From assembly GCA_016932755.1 (NCBI GenBank), contig JAFGCE010000085.1, forward strand, positions 1 through 55,568: a stretch of DNA of 55,568 bases. The letters are read 5' to 3'. The position numbers were made by a program, and so were the translations under genes. The DNA comes from Candidatus Woesearchaeota archaeon (GTDB lineage Archaea > Nanobdellota > Nanobdellia > Woesearchaeales > JAGWAF01). The first letter of the stretch is position 1; each line of letters starts with the position of its first letter. Of this stretch, positions 42,752-51,500 are shown in pieces. Below the pieces are notes generated by a model, which searched no databases, was not told the DNA's origin, and saw only the letters and a list, made by a program, of their open reading frames with translations.

Positions 42752-44531
42752 TTTTTTGTCCTAGAATAATCTTGCTTCCAGGCTGGTCCATGGAAATATA
42801 TTTTTCATAATTGCTTTTTGCGACATCTATCAGGTTTTTTGGGGGTATGGTTGTTGTTATTATGCTAACCCCTTTTCTAAAAAGGGCTTTCGGATAAAGC
42901 AAGGCACTTCTTCCGAAAATAAAAACCATCTTTGCCTGTAGGGCATTTCTTATTATGCTTTCAAATGTGCCATTAGGGATGGTAGAGCCTGATAGCACCA
43001 GCACATCACTTTTTTTTATTATATCTTCTTTTACTTCCTTGTAAAAAAACGCCTCCTTGCCCGTTTCCTTCTTGAATTTAGCATATTCCTTTTCTATTTG
43101 CTGTTTTCTTTTATGGTCTGTAAAAAATCCCCTGTCAAAGATGTGGATTTCGGCTGCTTTTGAATATTCAACAAACCCATGCAGTGCGAATCCAACTTGG
43201 GAGATTACAGGATTTTCCGCGCTTTTTTCTTGGGGGTATTCTTCCAGTGTGTTTTTTTTGATTATGCTGCTTTTAATCAGGGCTGCGGAATTAAGCGCTG
43301 CTGTATAAAGGCTGAATAATCTTGCATTGTTCCTGAAGGGAATTGTGAACCCGTCCTTTTTTAGGTTTAGTTCTGAATCAACATAAAAATCCCTTAACCA
43401 TTCATTCTCCAGTTCTTTCCATCCGCCTATGCACAGGCATGTCCCGCAAAATCCCTTGTCATTGACAGCAACAGGATAAAATGAAAGCAAAGCCTCCTTG
43501 ATTAATATTTTTGAAACGCTTAACTCTTCAAAAAGCTCTTTGGCTGTTGCTTTCAATATATTGCCTGAAATACCCTCTTCTGTTTCAAGTTTGCTTAGTT
43601 TTTCAAATATTGGCTTTTGTTCAACCATAGCGATATGCTTTTTTATAGTATTAAACTCCTTATTTCCTAATTTTTCGGGATATTCCTTCCACGGACCCTC
43701 ACAAATCGGGTTATAACCGCAGCCATCGCACTGAGGGAATTTTGCTTTCCCTTTCTCCTTCCTTTGCTTTGTAAAGCTGTCTGTGTTCTGGTGCTTCTGC
43801 CCTCGTATTTCTGTTTCTGGAATCACTTTCTCAGAAATGTAAGCCTCATAACCAGCCATCTGGCAGTAAGGCATTGCCTCTGCCATAACTTTTTTGCCTG
43901 CATCAATCCCAATCTGAAGCCCATTGTGAATGTAAGGTGCTGCCAGAGATATTGAAGGGACAATACTGTCAAAATTATTCCATGCATTCCCCATTGGGTG
44001 GACAAAAGCAAACTGGAACTGGTCAACATTAAGATTCACAAGCAGTTTTGCTATATCAGGCAGATTCCTGTAGTTCGGCTTTACAACAACTGTGTTTGTA
44101 AGGACATACTGCCCAAGTGATTTCAGGTTTTTTATTCCCTGAACAGTCTGTCTGAAGCTTCCAGGAGCTCTTGTAAGGAAGTCATGCTGTTCTGCGCAAT
44201 AGCCGTGTATTGCAGGGGAAAACTCTGTTGCCCCTGCTTTTATTGCTTTTTTGCAGAAATTAAGCGATGAGAACATCCTGCCGTTTGTCTGGATTTGTAT
44301 TGTTTTATAGCCAAGACTTTTTGCATATTCAACAATATCAAGAAAATCTTTTCTTATAGTAACCTCTCCGCCTGTAAGAACAACTCCTTCACATCTTTTT
44401 CTTGAATCTTCCAAATCTTTTTTTATCCCTTCCAGAGACCGGTTTCCTTTGCATTTGTTGTCTGCTTGGACACAGAATCTGCAGTTATTGTTGCAAATAA
44501 ATCCAGTCTTGATATCCACCCTTTTTCCCAT
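42726..44531 (-). CDS. radical SAM module fused to a DUF4213/DUF364-like (putative chelation, Rossmann-like) domain
   Basis: CNNNCRFC at 44472-44495, GGEVTIRKDF, CDGCGYNPICEGPWKEY. C-terminal AALNSAAL...DVLVLSGSTIPNGTFESII...VFIFGRSALLYPKALFRKGVS resembles the DUF364 pattern. Confidence 0.7.
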   Translation of the reverse strand: MGKRVDIKTGFICNNNCRFCVQADNKCKGNRSLEGIKKDLEDSRKRCEGVVLTGGEVTIRKDFLDIVEYAKSLGYKTIQIQTNGRMFSSLNFCKKAIKAGATEFSPAIHGYCAEQHDFLTRAPGSFRQTVQGIKNLKSLGQYVLTNTVVVKPNYRNLPDIAKLLVNLNVDQFQFAFVHPMGNAWNNFDSIVPSISLAAPYIHNGLQIGIDAGKKVMAEAMPYCQMAGYEAYISEKVIPETEIRGQKHQNTDSFTKQRKEKGKAKFPQCDGCGYNPICEGPWKEYPEKLGNKEFNTIKKHIAMVEQKPIFEKLSKLETEEGISGNILKATAKELFEELSVSKILIKEALLSFYPVAVNDKGFCGTCLCIGGWKELENEWLRDFYVDSELNLKKDGFTIPFRNNARLFSLYTAALNSAALIKSSIIKKNTLEEYPQEKSAENPVISQVGFALHGFVEYSKAAEIHIFDRGFFTDHKRKQQIEKEYAKFKKETGKEAFFYKEVKEDIIKKSDVLVLSGSTIPNGTFESIIRNALQAKMVFIFGRSALLYPKALFRKGVSIITTTIPPKNLIDVAKSNYEKYISMDQPGSKIILGQKNAQHNNQE

Positions 44532-44606
44532 GCAGTTTTTAAATTACTGAATGTTAATAAATTTATTGATAATCTAGTATATAATCCATATATCAAATAT
44601 CACAAG

Positions 44607-44616
44607 CTTTATATAT
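44607..44616 (+). promoter_or_regulatory. TATA-like box in the divergent intergenic region
   Basis: 'ctttatatat' 45-54 nt upstream of the ATG at 44661, with AGAGGT SD at 44652-44657. A second TATA-like 'tatatac' on the minus strand (about 44576-44590) faces the radical SAM operon. Confidence 0.4.
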
Positions 44617-44660
44617 GAAAATAGGGTAAAATTACCTATTTTATTTAAAAAAGAGGTAAA

Positions 44661-47243
44661 ATGATAGATAGGAAAATATTCCTGATTTTTGTAGTGTTAT
44701 TTGTAGTTCCAATATTTCTTTCTTCTGAGGCAAACGCCCAGACATATAAGTGCAACCTCCCGCCGCTTTGGGACAAAACCACCACGGGATCAATTAATGT
44801 AGGCGAAATACTAAAAGCAAACATGTTCTTGTGCCCTACAAACCATGAAGCTCCAGGCAAGCCTTCATGCCCTCCGACTTATGACAGCGGTGTTGAGCCA
44901 GCTTTGTTTTTCGGAGGTGACGCTGACTATGCAACACAGGAAGGAACAGATTACGCAGAGTATGGGGCAAGAGAAGCAGGGGTGGCAACAACTGACTGGT
45001 CTATCACATTTGAAACTGAAGGAGTCTGCTACCAAGGCTATGAAGGGCAGTATTATGTATGGTTCCAGGTTGACACAATGGGAACCCTCCCAAGTGAAGC
45101 CCCAACAGACGGCTACTGCTATGGTCCTGCGCACTATGTTGACTGGGACACTGAACAATACTGCACTGAAAACTGCAAAGGGCATTCTGTTGAGTGGGCA
45201 GACGGGCTTGAATGCTGCGGTGATGATGACAATATCTCAGCAACAGGAGGAGATGCGCCTGACTGCCTTAAGTCAAAAGGAAGCGGGCTATGTGTATCAA
45301 CAACAAATGCAGGATGGGAATGGGTAATAAAAGGGCAGCCAGAAGACATCGGAGACATAAAAGACCTTGCCTGCGCAAACATTTCAATTGTTGCCAACAG
45401 CACCCATATAATGAGATGTGCTGCAGGAACAGTGCCAAACCCAGGCTCAACAACCCCCTTTGATTTTACTTATATAGGCAAAGAAGACAAGCTAAATGCT
45501 TATGCATGTTTTATTGATGATGCGGGAAAAGCGCAGATAGCACAGTGCGCAGACGCGCCTATAGGTGATATTTATGGCGGCATAAGAAAAGCTCCGGGAG
45601 AGTCTATACTAAAAAAAATCGGGGATGAAAATGTAACTTATTACTGCACAAGGCACAGGGAATATGGAACTCATGTAACAGAATGGAAATCTGATTTGGA
45701 CAATTTGAACAAAGCAAACAAGGAAGACTGCCAGAATGCAAAGCTCCCGACAGGCGCAGTTGCAGGATACAAATGGACAGGCTCAAAATGCTGTTCAGAG
45801 GCAGACGACAAAAACGAATATTATAATGACAAGGAAGGATATAATGCAACAGACCCTTACCCAGGAGGATGCTGGAACAGCCAGTATATCGGAGAAGGAA
45901 CAAGACCTCCTGGAAGAACAGTATTTGACATAATCAACTATAAAGGAGGGTTTGAAGGATGCAGCCTTCCTGAAACCGACCCGTCTCTTGCTTTAAGAGA
46001 CTCTCACACAGGCGGGCTTCTTGTAAATAACAACCCATACTGCAGGGTGCTTGTCGATGCAACAGGGATAGGAAACAATCTCTTCTGCTCGTACAGCGGA
46101 AACTGGATTTCAACAGATGCTGGCGAAACAGTGGATAAATTATCCCAGGATAAAACAAGCAGGGGATGCTGCGCTCCAGACCAGTGCTGGAACGGAGTTG
46201 AGTGCATAGAAGACCAGTCAACAAAATCAACCCCCGAAACATACGACGGCTACAGATGCATACTGGGAAACTGGACTAATGAGACAATTTTGAAATACAC
46301 TCCTGACGGAAGCGCGTCAGGCTACTGCCCGCTTGAATCACAGTGCCTTGTCAATCCTTCGGAGTTTGCGGATGTAAACTGCATTGGCAACAGGGAATAT
46401 CTTGGGAAAAATTTCTGCGAAGAAGGCCAATGGACATCAAGGGCAAAAATGCTTGCAGTTGCCCTGCTTAGATATGCAAACCTAAAGTCATCAGACGATT
46501 ACACATTATTCTGCGACACATATGAAAACATCCTGAACTTCTACAACTATCAGGTTGGAGGCAATTATGTCCTTAACTACATGGGAGATGTTCACTGCCA
46601 GGGCAAGGCGTGTGTCAACGAGTTTTGCGTCTTGAGATACAAGGACGGAGTTGCATTCGGAACATCGCTGAATGAACCAGTTAACTCATCAAGAAGCTTC
46701 CTGAAATCCCTGGACCAGCAGGCTTCACTTTGCGACAGCGCAAGAGCCAAAGACAACCAGTATCACAGGTGCGGAAGCTCAAACATCTGGTATAATGAAA
46801 ATCAGGGAACTCTGATACAGCTTCCTACAGACGACGCATTCGGCTCTGTCTCATGGCAGGAGGCATTTGTCGCGTTTATAAAAAATCCTTTTGATACAAT
46901 AAAAAACTGGATAGTGCCGAGAACAACAGGGCTTGACTTTTTTGACCAGACAAGGATGTTCACAAAAGTTTATGCAGAGGTTCACGGAGACAAAAAGGTG
47001 TTCGCATTCATGGAAGAGGGGCAGACTGTCTATATCGGAGGATGGCCTGTTTCAGGAATGGACTATGTCGGTCTTGAATACCAGGGAATGGATTTCACTC
47101 CGTGCGACCTGATAAGGCACTATGATTCAACAATAAGCTGTTCAGCTGACCAGACAATTTTTGCGCAGTCAAGAAGACCTGGACAGCCGTCAAACCTTGT
47201 GGATGCATGGCCTGACCTGACAGCAAAACTAAGGGTAAGGTAA
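44661..47243 (+). CDS. secreted Cys-rich large protein
   Basis: Sec-type signal MIDRKIFLIFVVLFVVPIFLSSEANA|Q. 860 aa with many Cys; no named domain. Confidence 0.7.
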   Translation: MIDRKIFLIFVVLFVVPIFLSSEANAQTYKCNLPPLWDKTTTGSINVGEILKANMFLCPTNHEAPGKPSCPPTYDSGVEPALFFGGDADYATQEGTDYAEYGAREAGVATTDWSITFETEGVCYQGYEGQYYVWFQVDTMGTLPSEAPTDGYCYGPAHYVDWDTEQYCTENCKGHSVEWADGLECCGDDDNISATGGDAPDCLKSKGSGLCVSTTNAGWEWVIKGQPEDIGDIKDLACANISIVANSTHIMRCAAGTVPNPGSTTPFDFTYIGKEDKLNAYACFIDDAGKAQIAQCADAPIGDIYGGIRKAPGESILKKIGDENVTYYCTRHREYGTHVTEWKSDLDNLNKANKEDCQNAKLPTGAVAGYKWTGSKCCSEADDKNEYYNDKEGYNATDPYPGGCWNSQYIGEGTRPPGRTVFDIINYKGGFEGCSLPETDPSLALRDSHTGGLLVNNNPYCRVLVDATGIGNNLFCSYSGNWISTDAGETVDKLSQDKTSRGCCAPDQCWNGVECIEDQSTKSTPETYDGYRCILGNWTNETILKYTPDGSASGYCPLESQCLVNPSEFADVNCIGNREYLGKNFCEEGQWTSRAKMLAVALLRYANLKSSDDYTLFCDTYENILNFYNYQVGGNYVLNYMGDVHCQGKACVNEFCVLRYKDGVAFGTSLNEPVNSSRSFLKSLDQQASLCDSARAKDNQYHRCGSSNIWYNENQGTLIQLPTDDAFGSVSWQEAFVAFIKNPFDTIKNWIVPRTTGLDFFDQTRMFTKVYAEVHGDKKVFAFMEEGQTVYIGGWPVSGMDYVGLEYQGMDFTPCDLIRHYDSTISCSADQTIFAQSRRPGQPSNLVDAWPDLTAKLRVR

Positions 47244-47245
47244 GA

Positions 47246-48505
47246 ATGTTCAAAAAGTCGCAAGTCACAGTGTTTATCATAATAGCGATTGTGATTATAG
47301 TTATGTTTGGTTTGGGGTATTATGCAATGATTTCAAGGATAACTGAAAAAGGAGAGGAGCAGCTCTTGAGGCAGCAGATAAGCGCAGAAAAAATAAACCC
47401 CCTGAAGGATTACATTACTTCTTGCTTCAGCCTTGCCTCAGCAGACGGGCTTGAGCTTCTGGGAAAACAGGGAGGGTACATTTACAAAAGCCAGGGAGGG
47501 ATAATAGACGACCCTTTTGAAAGCCAGTCAGGGCAGGAATACATAGAATATGAGCAGACAAAGGTTCATTACGGAATTTATGCGCCAATCTCCAATGTAG
47601 GCATGATATTTTTTGCTCAGACCCCGGAATATCCATGGAGCACGTTCCCGAAAGTCTACAACCCTCTAAATCCAGATGAAATTGTTTATGAGGAAAAATA
47701 TGACGGCTATTACGGAAGGAACAAGCTTCCTCCGTTTGAAAAGCCTAAAGAAGGCTCAATACAGGAGCAGCTTGAGGCATTTACAACAAACAGCACATTA
47801 ACCTGCATAGACTGGACAAATTTCCAGCAGCAGGGGCTTGGCATAAAAACAGAAGAGCCGAATGTTTCTGTTACTTTCACAGCGGCAGATGTTACATTTA
47901 CCCTGAACTGGCCGATAGAAGTCACAGACAGCGGTACAGGCGCTGTCACAGACATTAATGAATTTGCAGTTGTTTATCCTGTAAGACTGAGGAAGATTTA
48001 TGATTTTGCAGCCCAGATAATGGACAATGATGTGGGGGACATAACCTACAGCATAGCAGCCACATCCTTGGACGGGCTTACAACTTCAGCAGTAATCCCG
48101 GATATTTTTGGGATGGACGACCTTATTGTAATACATGATGAAGAGTCAAGGATAATAGACAAGGAATACCAATTCAGGTTTATGAGAAAGAACAGGGCTC
48201 CTGCGCTTTATTATGTTGACAACAATACAGACATGGAAGGACCTGTCTGCGTTGACTCACTTGTTCAGTTTGTAGAGCCGGACAAGCTTAACATCGTTGA
48301 TTCATGCGATGACAACTCATTTGAGCTTCAGCTAAAAGCAATAGACCCTGATGAGGATAAGCTTGAGTTTACTTTTGACAGGCAGCTTCCCTATGAAATA
48401 AAGCCTGCAGACATTTATGTAAGGGCATTCAGGATAAAAATCACTGTCAGCGACGGAGAATACAAGGACTGGCAGGATGTTCAAATACCCACAAAAGAGG
48501 AATAG
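47246..48505 (+). CDS. pilin-like (class III signal) surface protein
   Basis: MFKKSQVTVFIIIAIVIIVMFGLGYYAM N-terminus. C-terminal cadherin/Ig-like segment (NRAPALYYVD...ITVSDGE). 2-nt gap to the upstream gene. Confidence 0.6.
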   Translation: MFKKSQVTVFIIIAIVIIVMFGLGYYAMISRITEKGEEQLLRQQISAEKINPLKDYITSCFSLASADGLELLGKQGGYIYKSQGGIIDDPFESQSGQEYIEYEQTKVHYGIYAPISNVGMIFFAQTPEYPWSTFPKVYNPLNPDEIVYEEKYDGYYGRNKLPPFEKPKEGSIQEQLEAFTTNSTLTCIDWTNFQQQGLGIKTEEPNVSVTFTAADVTFTLNWPIEVTDSGTGAVTDINEFAVVYPVRLRKIYDFAAQIMDNDVGDITYSIAATSLDGLTTSAVIPDIFGMDDLIVIHDEESRIIDKEYQFRFMRKNRAPALYYVDNNTDMEGPVCVDSLVQFVEPDKLNIVDSCDDNSFELQLKAIDPDEDKLEFTFDRQLPYEIKPADIYVRAFRIKITVSDGEYKDWQDVQIPTKEE

Positions 48506-48506
48506 G

Positions 48507-51500
48507 ATGAAAACAAAGAAAACAATAACCGTGCTGATTTTCCTTGTAGTTTTATTTGCAATGTCCTCTTTAGCAGGCTATACACAGAGCCTTGCAGGAT
48601 GCTGCTGTGACTTTACAGACGGCACTGCCCAGTCTGACTCTTTCCTTGAGTACACAGACTGTCTTCCTGAAAACTATTTTGTGATACCAAGGCTGATTGA
48701 CAACATTATGAACAGGACATGCAATGAGATTTGTGCATTAAGGGCTGAAGAACATGATGGAGAGGAGCCTGGTCCTGGTCCAGGAGGAAGATGCGGCGAT
48801 GCAGGATACAAGCCGGGTCCGAAAAACTTGAGGGCAACAAACATCAAGGGAGAAAAACAGATAAGGCTTATCTGGGAAGCAGAATGCCCTGTTGATTATT
48901 TCAAGGTTTTGAGATGCCAGGGAACAGACTGCAGCAATTTTGTTTTGGTTACAGACAAGGTCACAACAACTTATTTTGTAGACACCTCATCAAACCTCCT
49001 GTGGGATGAGGATTACACATACAGGATTATCGCGCACTACAACCTTCAGGGAGATTCCGAGCCTGCAAATACAATAATCAACACAGGAGATATTGAGTGC
49101 TTGAAAAGATTCAGCTCTGAAAAATTCTGTATTTCCTCAATTTATTACAATGATTTTGCCGACTATCTTAAAAATTACGGGTATGGATTCACACCTCCAG
49201 GCGATTTCATAACGAACTTCACAGGCTCTGTGCAGGACCAGTTCTTTGACAAGTTCAACAAGGCGTTTTTGTGCGGAGACGACAACAAGCTGGGAGGAGC
49301 TGACGACGTATGCGCAAGAAAAGGAATTATCGGGATATGCATTGTTGATGAAGGAGTGCCTGACTGCATAGTCCCCACAGACTGCGAGAGCATCAGCGGG
49401 GGCACATTCGGGCTTTATTACGATTTGGCTGCATGCGAAGGAACAGCAGCAGACAAGAAATTCTGCTATCTCGACAAATCAAAATCAATTGTTGACAAGT
49501 GCTACAGCTGCAGCATGAGCATGTCTTGCTACGATTACAGAAGCCAGAGGGCGTGCGAAAAAGACAACTGCGGAGTCGGAGAGTGCGTTTGGAAGGATGT
49601 ATATCCTGATATTGGCATAGGAGTCTGCGTTGATGAAAGGTTCAGCAGCTGCTATCTCTGCAATGCAATTCCTACAGGGCCAAGCAGCGAGTCTTACAAT
49701 GCGGTTTTTGAGCAGTGCTCTGAGGCAAAATCAGACGCGCTTGCAACAGCAGAGCATCCATGCTACTGGAAAGGATGGAAAAGCCTTAGCTGTGACGAGG
49801 TAACCTGCAGGACATACAAGAGCCCTTCAGAATGCGGCTCGCCTTCAGGAGGAATACAGCTTTACCCGAACAACACAATTAAGGCAGGGAGCGTGGACTC
49901 CTGCGATATAGGCGTATGCCAGTGGAGACCTAACCCTCTTAACCCTGAACAAGGAGACTGCCTGAAAAACGCAGACGGAGATTCAGGATTATGGCCTGAC
50001 TGCTCTGCAGCAAAAGACGAGGAAGCGTGTGAGCTTGATTATATCCCTCCGGACACGACAATAGTTGCTTCAGGAGCTTTGGGTGTTTATGACAAGCTGA
50101 ACATAAATATATTTGACAAGATAAGCAGGACAGACCCCGGAGAATACAAGACAGGAAGCAAGGCGCTTGGTTATACAACCTACTTCTGCCACTATCCTGA
50201 AGGCCAGGCTGAATGCGATGTCCATAACAATCCTTTGAGCACAAGAGTCAGCTCGCTTATGCTTAGCTACCTTACTTTGCACAACACTGAGGTTATCGAA
50301 GGGCAGGAAAAGCTTGCAGACCTTGCAGTCGGGTTCAATTATATCAAATATTATTCTGTTGACCCAAGCAAAAACCCAGGTCCTGTAAAAGAAGTCAGGG
50401 TTTATGCATGCGCAAGATGTGTTGGTCCGCAGATAATAGATTATTCAATTGAAAATGCAATCACAATAGGCAACAGGCATTACACAAACAATTTGAGGCC
50501 TGTGCTTAAGGCATCTTTTGACATTGATGCTGAAATAACAACAGCAGAGATTGACACTGTCCAGGGGACATTCATTTCTCCTCTCAGCTACAAGGCTGAC
50601 AACGGGAAAAACTACACATTTGTGACAGAAAGTGCGCTGGATGAAGGGGAGTATGTTTTCAGGATTAATGCAAGGGATGATGAAGGAACATACATGAACG
50701 AAGAATTTGTCCTTCCGTTCACTGTTGACCTGACTGCAGGAAAAGTTAACTTCACTGTTGACGGAATGCCTGCTGAAGGTGTCCTCATAAACAAGACAAA
50801 AGCAAATCTCGGAATTGCGCTTGAGGAGCAGGTTTCAGAAATAAAGATTTTCATGAACGGAAGGGAAATAACAGGCGCGTTCGCACAGCAGCAAAACAGG
50901 ATTTTCACAGCCCAGAATGTTGAGCTTGATGAAGGAACTCTTGTTTTGAGCATAACTGCAAAAGACCTTGCTGGGAACACTATCAATGCAGACACAACAT
51001 TTTTTGTCAACGGAAGACCTCCTGTTATCAAGCTCAGATACCCAAGCTTCGGGGTAAGCCCGAACTTCAAGTTCAACATAACTGTTGAAACATTAAACAG
51101 AGTAAGCTGCAGATTCCTTTATGATGTAAAGATTCCTGACAATGTCAGCTTTGATGATTTGGAGAGATTTGACAGCACAGACAGCAATTACCATATAATA
51201 AATGAATTCACAAGAATCCCAGACGGAGATTATAGCGAGCACACATTTCATGTGTTCTGTAATGACCCATTATGGGGGAGGGCTAACGCGTCATTCAAGA
51301 TTTCAGTTGACACAACAAATCCTGCAATAACCGCTGCATATGCAGACCCTGCAATAATCAAGGAAGCAATAGCCGAAAACAAATACAGGACTTACCTCAA
51401 AGTAAGCACCAACGAGCCTACGCTGTGCAAATACAGCGACACAACGCAGGCATACAGCAGCATGGAATATGAATTCCCAGGATATATTGCAACCCCCCAT

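Noticed and set aside
48477-48506. ORF-track start (MFKYPQKRNR) for the giant protein.
   Set aside because: It overlaps the end of the upstream gene. The ATG at 48507 is preceded by AGAGG and begins a canonical signal peptide (MKTKKTITVLIFLVV...).
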